Shown: piece after piece, positions 17,714 to 26,110 of the stretch
Layout of the letters: each line of letters opens with the position of its first letter
Position numbering within the stretch: position 1 is the stretch's first letter
NCBI GenBank assembly: GCA_041659245.1
Contig: JBAZYQ010000003.1
Span: 1 to 56,873 of the forward strand
Direction of reading: 5' to 3'
Source: Candidatus Nanoarchaeia archaeon
GTDB lineage: Archaea; Nanobdellota; Nanobdellia; SCGC-AAA011-G17; GW2011-AR17
Length of the DNA stretch: 56,873 nt
Translations under genes and position numbers: made by a program
Notes under the pieces: model-generated
The model's database searches: none
The model's input: only the letters and a program-made list of their open reading frames with translations
Told to the model about the DNA's origin: nothing

Positions 17714-18043
17714 ATGACATTAGCATCTATAATAGAAGACATAAACAAACTATCTAACACAGGAAGAATAAGTCTTGAAACAAGGCAAAACGCGTTAAGA
17801 GAGGTAATAAACTCTTATAGGGTTTGCAATCAACCAAAAGGATATGAAACTTTGGGTTGTGCACTTCTTGAAAAAGTCATAAATGGGCAAACAACTTTTG
17901 CTGATGAGCTTAACAACGCAAGAATGCAGAGGCAGGATGCGAAGTTTATAATAGATAACATAAGCATTTTAAGCGGCAATTATGATGTTTCCGGACAGGT
18001 TCAGACAATAGATGCGGCTGTAAAATACGCTTATACGATATAA
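17714..18043 (+). CDS. hypothetical protein, family A (copy 3, short)
   Basis: Contains ETRQNALREVINSYR, INGQTTFADELNNA, IDAAVKYAY. GGAGGTG lies upstream. Confidence 0.55.
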   Translation: MTLASIIEDINKLSNTGRISLETRQNALREVINSYRVCNQPKGYETLGCALLEKVINGQTTFADELNNARMQRQDAKFIIDNISILSGNYDVSGQVQTIDAAVKYAYTI

Positions 18044-18082
18044 ATCGCTTTTCACGGAGAAACAATAATAGCTTTGCCTTCG

Positions 18083-18496
18083 TCAACAAGCGTGACGTCT
18101 TTTTTTTGCTATCCAATAAAATATTCCAAATCCTGCGAAAAGAGCAAAAGCCAATCCGACGAAAGCGGCTTTTATTGTTTTTGTCAAATAATTCTTCCCG
18201 CATCCCTTCACGCCTATGTCAATTGAATTAATCACGTCCGTGCTTTCAGGGGAAATCTCCTCTATCGAGGCATCGCCTTCTTTAGTGATATACAATCCTC
18301 TTCTCTTACCCGGCTCCAGAGAGAAAGAAAACACTCTCTCTTCATTGTTATACACAATATATTCTGCTGTTTCCATCAGGTTATTCTCAACATATACCTT
18401 GTTATTCCTGCACAAGTCAATCTGCGAAGGCATTACAGCAACTGCACTAACATAAGGCACTAATAAGAATAATAAAAATAAAAAAACATATTTCAT
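18083..18496 (-). CDS. secreted protein with C-terminal TM anchor
   Basis: Signal peptide MKYVFLFLLFLLVPYVSA. C-terminal AAFVGLAFALFAGFGIFYWIAKKRR. Its start abuts the stop of the LTD gene. Confidence 0.55.
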   Translation of the reverse strand: MKYVFLFLLFLLVPYVSAVAVMPSQIDLCRNNKVYVENNLMETAEYIVYNNEERVFSFSLEPGKRRGLYITKEGDASIEEISPESTDVINSIDIGVKGCGKNYLTKTIKAAFVGLAFALFAGFGIFYWIAKKRRHAC

Positions 18497-19690
18497 CTAA
18501 GCCGCCTTTGCAATTATCTTAAGCTTTCCCTTAAACAAGCCTGCTTTTTTCTTTGGAGCAAAAGCCCTTACTTTAATCTCTTGCCTTTCTCCTGCATTTA
18601 CCAGGATATTTGCATCCTTCAATGCAACCCATTCGCCGTTAAAAGCTTCAATAATAATGCCTGTGTTTGCGGAAAAGCTTACCTTTACTTTGTCAATGCC
18701 TGTGTTTCTTACTGCGATAGTTGTCTCTTTGGTTTCTCCTGGCTTTAATTTTCCAAAATTAACGCTTTTTGTCTCAAGCACAGTCGCAATCCTGCTCACA
18801 TATTCTATTTTTCTTGATTCTGTTATGTTTGTTATTGAATCAAACGCAGTTATTGCCAGGTTGTATGCTTTTTTATCGTCAGACGGCTGGAAATTAAAGC
18901 TTGCTTCAAATAATGCTGTTTCATTGGTTCCATTTACTTTGCTCATTTTTATTTCACGCCCGTCAAGAAAAGCGGTGATGTTAGCAATATCTTCAATGCC
19001 ATTATCATCAGCAACACTTACTTCAATCTTAACTGTCTTGTTGCCTGCAATTATCTGTATTCCCTCTGCATCCATCTCATCAGGAGTTATGTTTATTGAA
19101 ATAATCCTTGGTGTGATATTTTCCAGTTCAAGCTCATATTCCAATTCATCTTTTTCCAGCGCTGTTTGAAAAGCCCCTTGTCCCGGACTAGCTTCTCCTT
19201 CTTCCCAGCCAAGCTCCAATGTTCTCTGCAGCGAATAGCTGTTTCCGTTTGCGCCCATTGAAGATGCGTATGAGAAGATGTCGCTTTCATTGCCATTGGT
19301 AAGATTTACAACGCCTGCGCTGTTTGCCAAGGAGATAGACAATTGCATTGCATTGAATCCGTCTGTTTCGTCCCAAACACCATCATTGTTTCCCCAGAAT
19401 TTCTCAAAGCTGTCAGTGTCTGCGTCTGTTCCGTCAACAAGCTCTTTTGCAATTACCAAATATTGCATTGAGCCAAGAGTTCCTTCCAATGGTTTGTTGT
19501 TCAAAAGCCACCGGCTTAAGTCAACTGCTTCTTCTGCATTGTTGTATATCTCAATCCATTCGCCGTCAGTGTCATCGCACTGGCTTGGATTGTACATCAC
19601 TTCTGTAACCAGAAGCCCTGCAGCAGCCATTCTGCAAGATGCCAATAATAAAGATGCCAATAGGATTAGCATCCACGTCTTTTTTTCCAT
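18497..19690 (-). CDS. secreted lamin-tail-domain (LTD) protein with Ig-like C-terminal region
   Basis: Signal peptide, then LLVTEVMYNPSQCDDTDGEWIEIYNNAEEAVDLSRWLL (LTD consensus). AAGGAGGT SD. Confidence 0.6.
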   Translation of the reverse strand: MEKKTWMLILLASLLLASCRMAAAGLLVTEVMYNPSQCDDTDGEWIEIYNNAEEAVDLSRWLLNNKPLEGTLGSMQYLVIAKELVDGTDADTDSFEKFWGNNDGVWDETDGFNAMQLSISLANSAGVVNLTNGNESDIFSYASSMGANGNSYSLQRTLELGWEEGEASPGQGAFQTALEKDELEYELELENITPRIISINITPDEMDAEGIQIIAGNKTVKIEVSVADDNGIEDIANITAFLDGREIKMSKVNGTNETALFEASFNFQPSDDKKAYNLAITAFDSITNITESRKIEYVSRIATVLETKSVNFGKLKPGETKETTIAVRNTGIDKVKVSFSANTGIIIEAFNGEWVALKDANILVNAGERQEIKVRAFAPKKKAGLFKGKLKIIAKAA

Positions 19691-19728
19691 TTTAATTACC
19701 TCCTTTCATACTATATTTCGGTTCTAGG

Positions 19729-19838
19729 CGCCGGGAGCGGGACTTCCACCGCATAGAACGGATTTGAACCCGCATAGCGGGTGGTTACCGCTTATCTGGT
19801 CATCAGCCAGACGCAATGCCTGGTTATGCCATCCCGGC
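19729..19838 (-). tRNA. type-II (Ser-like, long variable arm, G73) tRNA with anticodon loop CUGAUGA (GAU) and putative 20-nt intron in the T-arm
   Basis: Hand fold on the minus strand. Acceptor stem GCCGGGA/TCCCGGC is 7/7 paired. D arm is GCA/TGC. Anticodon stem is TCTGG/CCAGA. Variable arm is AGCGG-TAACCAC-CCGCT. The T arm GCGGG-TTCAAAT-CC[20 nt]CGC becomes perfect (GCGGG/CCCGC) only after removing about 20 nt. TATA-like TTTATAAAAA begins 24 nt upstream. Confidence 0.55.
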
Positions 19839-19884
19839 TTTGCCCACCGATATTTTTATAAACCTGTTAAGCATTTTTAATTAC

Positions 19885-19918
19885 GGGTGGTTACCGTTTG
19901 TCTGGCTATCAACCAGAC
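19885..19918 (-). repeat. partial duplicate of the tRNA anticodon arm plus variable arm
   Basis: 29/34 identical to 19779-19812. Both hairpins and the central GAT are retained. Confidence 0.7.
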
Positions 19919-20152
19919 TTTTTCTTTTATCTTTTATTGCGACTTCAGACTTTCACTTCCCCTTCATAAAGCTTTCTGACAAAAAACACGTGAATTTTCA
20001 CAGAAATTGAAAATTCAATTGATTTGATTGAAAGCTTTCCGGATTTTAATAGAAGTTTTAGTCCTTTTTCCAACATTGCCGAAAGCCATTTTTAACAACC
20101 GTCGTCAAAGCTGTGCAGAGGTTTTTTAAATCCTAATGCCTTTGATTTAAGC

Positions 20153-20566
20153 ATGGTAAGAGTGAATCTAATCAGCCCAAAACTGCTTTCTGACCAGCAT
20201 TTATTGGCAGAGCATTTGGAGATAATGATGCTTATAGATTATGCAAGAAAGCATCCTTCAGGAGATATTCCTTCAAGATACTGCCTGGGAAAAGGGCATA
20301 TCAGGTTCTTCAGGAACAAGATAAAATATTTGCAGAAGAGATTTGCATTGATTCAGAAGGAGATGAGAGCAAGGGGATTCAAGCCAAAAGCTAAATTGTC
20401 TGTGAAAGGTGTTTCAAGGAAGCTGCTTAATGACTGGGCTCCTGTTGCAGGGGATAAAAAACTAATCAAGGAAAGAATCATGTGGAAAATAAGGAAGAAG
20501 CCTTCTTATTACAGGTATTATGGCGAGAAGAAGCCGCTTTCATTCTTTCAAAAGATTCTGAAGTAA
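20153..20566 (+). CDS. denV: pyrimidine-dimer DNA glycosylase (T4 endonuclease V family)
   Basis: MVRVNLISPKLLSDQHLLAEH...LGKGHIRFF...YLQKRF...RGF...YYRYYG aligns along its whole 137 aa with T4 endoV ([21 protein letters not shown]...LGAGHVTFF...FLRKRQ...RGF...WYKYYG). A TATA-like box lies 22 nt upstream. Confidence 0.85.
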   Translation: MVRVNLISPKLLSDQHLLAEHLEIMMLIDYARKHPSGDIPSRYCLGKGHIRFFRNKIKYLQKRFALIQKEMRARGFKPKAKLSVKGVSRKLLNDWAPVAGDKKLIKERIMWKIRKKPSYYRYYGEKKPLSFFQKILK

Positions 20567-20567
20567 A

Positions 20568-21434
20568 TTACTTCATGCATAAGGCGCCTTCTTTTATCCA
20601 CGAATATGCGACTGTGCCATCCTGGAATACAACCAATTGCCTCACGAAATCTTTCTTCGGGTCGTGTTTTGTGACGTAATCAGTTATTCTAAGAATAGAA
20701 CCTTTGTAATCATATACTCCCCCGCCCCAGACATGCCCGTGGCAGAGCTTTGCATTTTTGTGCAGCCATCTTCTGATTTGAAATAAGCCGTATCTTGATG
20801 GCGTGTATTCATTCCTTGTTGAATCAGGATTTCCTATGGGCCAGGAAGTGATGTTGTCAATGCCTTTGCTGATTAAAGTGTGGATTGCATCTTCGTATTT
20901 AATTGCGTCATCAACTCCGCCTTTTCTTAATAATAGTGTCCCTCTTACTCCGACGCCGTGCTCTTCAATATTGCTGACTATTGTTTCAAGCTTTGGATAT
21001 TCTTTTATCCCGTACACTTTTGCCTGCTCTTTCTCACCAACTGCGTGTATTGATAATGCAATGTTGGTTAATCCTAATTCTCTCCACGAATCAAGGTATT
21101 TGTTGCAGAATTCCTTGTCTCCAAATAGTATTCCGTTTGTGAACAAGTTTACGTTCGGAAAGAAAGCCCCTTGGCTTGCGCACTTGTCATAGACTTCCAA
21201 TGCTCTTGTCACAGATTCAGGGTCGCACGTTGGCTCTCCGCTGCCTGTCAATGACAATGACCAGCCTCCGTATCTTGCTGACAATTTGATTGCAGATTCC
21301 AGGTTCCTGTCATAGAGCTTGTTTTCTCTTGCGTCTTTTCTCAGGTATTTTCCTGCGCAAAAAGAGCAGTTTGCATTGCACGCGCCGTTTCCTATGAGTG
21401 CGGATACGCTGTAGATTTTCTCAATGCATGCCAT
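20568..21434 (-). CDS. radical SAM enzyme (MoaA/viperin-like branch), 288 aa
   Basis: CNANCSFC (CX3CX2C), LTGSGEP (GGE-type SAM motif), LFTNG. GGAGGT SD. Last gene of the kinase-rSAM-Dcd-rSAM unit. Confidence 0.7.
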   Translation of the reverse strand: MACIEKIYSVSALIGNGACNANCSFCAGKYLRKDARENKLYDRNLESAIKLSARYGGWSLSLTGSGEPTCDPESVTRALEVYDKCASQGAFFPNVNLFTNGILFGDKEFCNKYLDSWRELGLTNIALSIHAVGEKEQAKVYGIKEYPKLETIVSNIEEHGVGVRGTLLLRKGGVDDAIKYEDAIHTLISKGIDNITSWPIGNPDSTRNEYTPSRYGLFQIRRWLHKNAKLCHGHVWGGGVYDYKGSILRITDYVTKHDPKKDFVRQLVVFQDGTVAYSWIKEGALCMK

Positions 21435-21443
21435 TTTTACCTC

Positions 21444-21965
21444 CTATTTTTTGAAATCCATCCATATCTTGCTTGTCTGCGCACCTACGGCATTCTTGTA
21501 TTTGCCATTGTACAGCACAATCTTTCCCTGCGGCTTCCAGAACAGCATCTGCCCCACTTTCATCCCTTCGTAAACCCTTAGATTATGTATTGACTGCAAT
21601 TCAAGCGTCCACTGCCTTTTGAATCCTATATCGCCCAATCCGGAATTAAGATATATGTAAAGCCCCAGCCTGCCTACGGAGCTTCTTGCCTGCATTGTTG
21701 GGACATAATAATCAGAGCCCATTTCTTCAATCGTGTGCCCGATGTAAAGCTGGTTGGGCTTCAAAACATATCCTGCTTTTGGTATTTCTATCTCCCTGTA
21801 TTTCATCTCTTTTGCAGAGTCGAGTGTTTTATTCCTGTAAACCTTGAGTGTCTTGCCAAGCCTGAAATTATAGCTGTTGGGATTGAGATTTTCTTCAATA
21901 AAAGGAGTTATATGGATTCTTTTGAGATTTACCTGCCTTTTTATTTCAGAGCCTGTAAGTATCAT
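21444..21965 (-). CDS. dcd: dCTP deaminase / Dcd-Dut family protein
   Basis: MILTGSEI, NPNSYNFRLG, ARSSVGRLGL, WTLELQS, GMKVGQMLF are all Dcd hallmarks. ATGA overlap with the upstream rSAM stop (ATG at 21965). Confidence 0.8.
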   Translation of the reverse strand: MILTGSEIKRQVNLKRIHITPFIEENLNPNSYNFRLGKTLKVYRNKTLDSAKEMKYREIEIPKAGYVLKPNQLYIGHTIEEMGSDYYVPTMQARSSVGRLGLYIYLNSGLGDIGFKRQWTLELQSIHNLRVYEGMKVGQMLFWKPQGKIVLYNGKYKNAVGAQTSKIWMDFKK

Positions 21966-22681
21966 TTGTCCCACCCCCCTGCAACAAATCCGTCAGCATG
22001 TATTACCGGATTTCCTGATTCGCATGAGCATTCCCTTGTTTCTATTTCAACTTCAACGCCTTCATAAGAATAAACTTTGTTTCCGTGATTGTCTTTTATT
22101 ACGGGCCAGTCTAATTTTAATCCTTCTGTCGGCACAAATTCTTTTTCATATATTTTCATGTAATCTTTATTGTTGTGCTTCAAAAGCTGCCTCACAACTA
22201 CTTTTTTAATGCCTGTTGCTTTTGCCCATTCAAGATATTTTTCAAGCATTTTTTTTGTTGATATGCCTGATTTCAGGAGAAGGAGGCTGAGCTTGATATC
22301 GCATTTCACATTTTTGCAAAGTTCTGCAAGATTGTAGCTTATGCCCATTAATCTTTTATTTTCTTTGCCCTCATAATGGTGCCTTGATATGCAGAGTGTT
22401 GACAGCAGGTTTATTTCAGGAAAAAAGCCGAATGAGCCATTTGTATACATCTGGGTTTCTGCTTTTTCAGCACACACTTTTATTATCTCCCCTATGAATG
22501 AATTAAGAGTGGGCTCTCCTCCGCCTGTTATCTCTATCTTGCTTATGTCCATCAGCTTCAGCGTATTCTCAAGAAAGAGCGGGCTCATCGGGCTTTTGCA
22601 TTTCATCTGCCTGTATTTAGTAATACAAAAAGGGCATCTTGCATTGCACGCGTTTTCAATGGGGATTACATACGCTTTCAT
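21962..22681 (-). CDS. radical SAM enzyme, 239 aa
   Basis: CNARCPFC (CX3CX2C), ITGGGEPTLN, MYTNGS. ATGA overlap with the kinase stop. Confidence 0.7.
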   Translation of the reverse strand: MKAYVIPIENACNARCPFCITKYRQMKCKSPMSPLFLENTLKLMDISKIEITGGGEPTLNSFIGEIIKVCAEKAETQMYTNGSFGFFPEINLLSTLCISRHHYEGKENKRLMGISYNLAELCKNVKCDIKLSLLLLKSGISTKKMLEKYLEWAKATGIKKVVVRQLLKHNNKDYMKIYEKEFVPTEGLKLDWPVIKDNHGNKVYSYEGVEVEIETRECSCESGNPVIHADGFVAGGWDK

Positions 22682-23163
22682 TTTACTCTCTCTTTTACCT
22701 CTCTTATAAGCTCTTCAAGCTCTCCATAATTTTTTGACAGGTACAGCCTGTGCGGGATTCCATTAAATTCGCTGCAGAACAATTCCCTTGACTTCTCAAG
22801 CTCTTCAAGCCTTATCTGCTGCTCATAGCCCCTTTTCAGGTAGCGCTCTTTCAGCACTTCTGCTGGCGGGCATGTGAAAATTATCAGCGTATCAATTGAG
22901 CATATCCCGTCAAGTATCTGCTTTTCCGGCTTTGAGAAAGGCGAGCCTCCTCTCCACAGGTTTGAATAAACCTCTTCTGAGAAATGGCTCCTGTCAAAGA
23001 CTATGTTTTCGTTGGTTGCATATTCTTTCAGGTATCTTGCAAATTGGCTTCCTTCCCTGTGATGCAGGGACTTTGAGTCCCAATGCAGGGCGTTCTTTAC
23101 CCTGTCAACAACAGTTGATTTTCCTGAGCAGTCAGAGCCTTCGACTATGATGCGGGTTATCAT
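22678..23163 (-). CDS. thymidylate-kinase-like P-loop (d)NMP kinase
   Basis: IIVEGSDCSGKST (Tmk-type Walker A, EG.DG.GKST) and FDRSHFSEEVYS (compare Tmk DRY..S..AYQ). GGAGG SD. Confidence 0.6.
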   Translation of the reverse strand: MITRIIVEGSDCSGKSTVVDRVKNALHWDSKSLHHREGSQFARYLKEYATNENIVFDRSHFSEEVYSNLWRGGSPFSKPEKQILDGICSIDTLIIFTCPPAEVLKERYLKRGYEQQIRLEELEKSRELFCSEFNGIPHRLYLSKNYGELEELIREVKERVK

Positions 23164-23191
23164 CGTGGTTTTCCTCCTCTTGTTTATCTCT

Positions 23192-23213
23192 AATATACTT
23201 ATAGTGTTGTATA
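23192..23213 (-). promoter_or_regulatory. island promoter motif (copy 1) upstream of kinase operon
   Basis: The plus strand AATATACTTATAGTGTTGTATA is 17/22 identical to 27149-27170, at a similar distance (29-50 nt versus 33-54 nt) from the first ATG. A second partial copy (CTTATGTGTTGTATAATA) lies at 23243-23260. Confidence 0.4.
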
Positions 23214-23307
23214 AAGAATAAGCATTATTGTATATATTCTGTCTTATGTGTTGTATAATACGGGCTTTAGAACAATATGGCTATTTTAAAATAAAAAAGA
23301 AAAAGGA

Positions 23308-23940
23308 TTATTCCTGCCTTTTGAATACAATGCACGGAATCCTGTCTACACGCCCGCTTTGCCACGGCATTTCTCTTATTCTGTACCTGACTTGCCATCC
23401 TGCCTGCTCATAAATAGTTTTGATTCTCTCTTTCATTTTTGCGTCCATGAATCCTGTTTCCTCATACCATATTTCAGCATCTTCGCAGTCTCTCTTTAAT
23501 CTTCCGTCTATCTCTTCCTCGCATTTTTTCACTTCTCTCTCGAACTTTTCCGCTTCATCAGCTATTACTTTCTCTTCGATTGTGCTTGCATGTATAACCC
23601 TGCCGCTTTCATTTTTTTGACTGCTTCTATTTTGAATGCTTAGCACGAGAAGATTGCTGTAATGCCTTGTGCCGTTCCATCTTTCATACACATCGCCTCC
23701 CTCGGGCTTATATTCCACGTTCCATCCTGCCTGCCTGTAATGCTCCATCACTGTATCAAGCACTTCTTTGTCTACTCCGTTTGGGGCGCATTTGCATAAT
23801 GGAATTCTATACCCCTTGGCCGGTAAATTTTCGCGTATTTCCCTGCCAATGGCATTTTCAAGGCTTGTAACTTTTCTTTCAAACCTTTCTTTTTTCTGCT
23901 CGTCCGCTCTTTTCTTCATATCTTCTGCTTTTACAACCAT
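23308..23940 (-). CDS. hypothetical protein, family C (two AGW units)
   Basis: Paralogue of 26111-26713. Internal duplication: HYRQAGWNVEY and IYEQAGWQVRY. GGAGG SD. Confidence 0.6.
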   Translation of the reverse strand: MVVKAEDMKKRADEQKKERFERKVTSLENAIGREIRENLPAKGYRIPLCKCAPNGVDKEVLDTVMEHYRQAGWNVEYKPEGGDVYERWNGTRHYSNLLVLSIQNRSSQKNESGRVIHASTIEEKVIADEAEKFEREVKKCEEEIDGRLKRDCEDAEIWYEETGFMDAKMKERIKTIYEQAGWQVRYRIREMPWQSGRVDRIPCIVFKRQE

Positions 23941-24001
23941 TTTGCCTGCCTCCCTTGCTGATTAATACTTAATTGGAGCTATTCTCTGCAGATTTATAAG
24001 T

Positions 24002-24421
24002 TTATTCCCTTTCATCAAGGAAATCCTGCAATGAAAGCCCCAGCGGCTTGTTTGTCTCTGCCTTCACTGCTTTCATGCCGTGCCTTATTGCCTCTTCTAT
24101 ATTGATTAGCGTATCGTCAATGAGCCAGCTGCCTTTAAGATTGAACATGCCTGAGAGCTCTTTTATTTTTTCTTTTGTCGTGTACAGGCAGGGAATTTCA
24201 ATGCTGTAATGCTGAAGCCATATCTCATTCAGCAAAGTGTAGGGGCAGCTTGTTGCAATTATCACATTGTCAATTTTTTTCAACTCATTCACAAGTGCTA
24301 CATTCTCAGGTATTGCAGGATACTTTTCAATATACTGCCTGTAGTTCATGAACCACTTGAATGCCTTCCAGTCATCCCCTTTTACCCTTAATACCCCGTC
24401 CAAGTCACAGAAGATGGTCAA
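24002..24421 (-). CDS. HAD-superfamily phosphatase (5'(3')-deoxyribonucleotidase-like)
   Basis: N-terminal DxD motif FCDLDGVL and distal WLIDD. TTG start. The nucleotidase subtype is inference. Confidence 0.55.
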   Translation of the reverse strand: MTIFCDLDGVLRVKGDDWKAFKWFMNYRQYIEKYPAIPENVALVNELKKIDNVIIATSCPYTLLNEIWLQHYSIEIPCLYTTKEKIKELSGMFNLKGSWLIDDTLINIEEAIRHGMKAVKAETNKPLGLSLQDFLDERE

Positions 24422-25520
24422 GTATTGTCACCTCGGAGCTTTCTGCAATGTCTGCCTTTGCCATTGCGCCCGAAACCCATTTGATTATTGATTCATCTCC
24501 TCTTGTTATTTTTCCCATGTTTACAAATGTTGATTTCATATTATGGCATTCTGCTGAAGGCCTGCTGCATTTTGCAATTGAAGGGCAGATTCCTTTTTCT
24601 GTTTTTTCAACTGATTCATATTTTATTCCGTGCGAATCAAGAATGGCTTTTGCGCTTTCTTCTGTCACAGATTCCTTAAATGATTTGCATTTGCTATACA
24701 TTGTACATTCACCGCAGTTATACTGCTCAGGCTTGTAAAAATGGTTGTTGTAATCGTGGCTTAATCCTGCTGTGAAAGAGGCGAGGCATGATGTCTTCAT
24801 GAATGCATTCAATCCAAGCTCTTTTGCTTTTGCAAGAAGAAACTGCTTTTTGTCTTTTGGCATCAGCTTTTTGTCCTCTAGCCATTTTTCGTGCCCGTTT
24901 GGAATCTTCGGAAAATATCCGTTCATTTTTAGTAGGTTAAGAACAGATTTTTTACCCATCAGCCCTGCATAAGAAAATGCCTTTCCCCCTACTGCCTTGT
25001 AATCCTCAAGAACCTGCTTTATCATTTCTTCTGAGTCATTTATGCCTGCAATTATCGGCCTGTAATAAAGGCTTGCATTTATCCCTGCATTGATGAGCCT
25101 TTCAAGGCTTTCAACCTTCTTTTTGTAGCTTACTCCGTCAAAATTGTCTTTTGTGCCTGAAACAGAATATAATACCTGGAGCTTTAGCTGCGTATCAGAA
25201 AGCCTTTGCGCAATCTCTTCAGTGATGTATGATTTTGTTATTATTGCAACTATTCCCTTATGCCCTGCTCTCTCAAGAATTTTCATTTTTTTGAAAGTGT
25301 CTTCCTTTTGTATGAAAGGGTCCCCGAAATAATTGTTTATGCTTACCGGAAGGGTATTTATCGGCGGAGGCATGTTATTGTCATATTCAAAAGAATGCTC
25401 AAGATTTGATTCAATCAGGTCTTCCCTGCATGACAGCACGCAGTATGGGCACCTGTAGCAGTTCCTCTCATTGTGCGCCATTATGTAAAATGACTTCAGC
25501 GCCTGCGGCCTCTTTTCCAT
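24405..25520 (-). CDS. SplB/COG1533-like radical-SAM-type Fe-S enzyme with non-canonical Cys triad and Cys-rich C-terminus
   Basis: NCYRCPYCVLSC has CX2CX2C(X3C) spacing rather than CX3CX2C. The barrel-like stretch FGDPF...IITKS...YSVSG...YYRPII resembles the spore-photoproduct-lyase family. An extra CGECTMYSKC...CPSIAKCSRPSAEC cluster is present. Confidence 0.4.
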   Translation of the reverse strand: MEKRPQALKSFYIMAHNERNCYRCPYCVLSCREDLIESNLEHSFEYDNNMPPPINTLPVSINNYFGDPFIQKEDTFKKMKILERAGHKGIVAIITKSYITEEIAQRLSDTQLKLQVLYSVSGTKDNFDGVSYKKKVESLERLINAGINASLYYRPIIAGINDSEEMIKQVLEDYKAVGGKAFSYAGLMGKKSVLNLLKMNGYFPKIPNGHEKWLEDKKLMPKDKKQFLLAKAKELGLNAFMKTSCLASFTAGLSHDYNNHFYKPEQYNCGECTMYSKCKSFKESVTEESAKAILDSHGIKYESVEKTEKGICPSIAKCSRPSAECHNMKSTFVNMGKITRGDESIIKWVSGAMAKADIAESSEVTILDHLL

Positions 25521-25586
25521 TAGACACCTCCATTGTGTTTATGTATTTAACACTTTCTGGCGTTTGCTTGCTGCAGTGTTATATTG

Positions 25587-26099
25587 CTATTTCTTTATTC
25601 CCAGCCTATCCTCTAGTTCCTTCAATTCATTCTCCGAAACCTCAGGATCCTTGGCAAGGGCTTCCTCTTTTTCTTTTTCCTGCTTTCTTGCCTCAAGAGT
25701 CTTGCTTATGCCATTGTATAAATCATCAATTCTTTTTGTCCACGGGCCGGGCTTGTACTCCAATATCTCATAATAGCGTCTGTCGTCCTTTACAAATAAT
25801 GGATGTGCGGGTTGTGGCTGCGTTGAGCCTTCTTTTGCATGAAATACCCTATCATATGTATGATAATGGTCGTCGTTTATGCAAGTGATATCAACCTCGC
25901 TGTCTCCCATTGCATACACTTCGTAATGGATTCTCAGCGATTCGTCCTGAAAAACATAATCTTCGCTTGCCCACTCCCTTGAGCGGTACTTGCATTCGCC
26001 TAATTTCTCAGCTATTTCCCTTGACTTTGGAATAATGCCTAATCCTTCAATCTTCTCGCCCTGCTCTTTTACCAGCTTTTCAAGCTCTGATTTTCTCAT
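25587..26099 (-). CDS. hypothetical protein
   Basis: 170-aa ORF within the co-oriented unit. No motif recognised. Charged C-terminal tail. Confidence 0.5.
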   Translation of the reverse strand: MRKSELEKLVKEQGEKIEGLGIIPKSREIAEKLGECKYRSREWASEDYVFQDESLRIHYEVYAMGDSEVDITCINDDHYHTYDRVFHAKEGSTQPQPAHPLFVKDDRRYYEILEYKPGPWTKRIDDLYNGISKTLEARKQEKEKEEALAKDPEVSENELKELEDRLGIKK

Positions 26100-26110
26100 T
26101 TTGTCCCTCC

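Noticed and set aside
19795-19811. Plus-strand reading of the tRNA-like locus
   Set aside because: On the plus strand the corresponding loop is TCATCAG (no U33), and there is no GTTCRAATC T-loop. Only the minus strand gives a cloverleaf.
25406-25888. 160-aa plus-strand ORF (and the overlapping 25564-25773 ORF) across the SplB-like/170-aa gene junction
   Set aside because: It is antisense to two well-supported minus-strand genes with SD sites. The translation is low-complexity (Ser/Leu/Cys-rich) with no motif. It is a typical shadow ORF.
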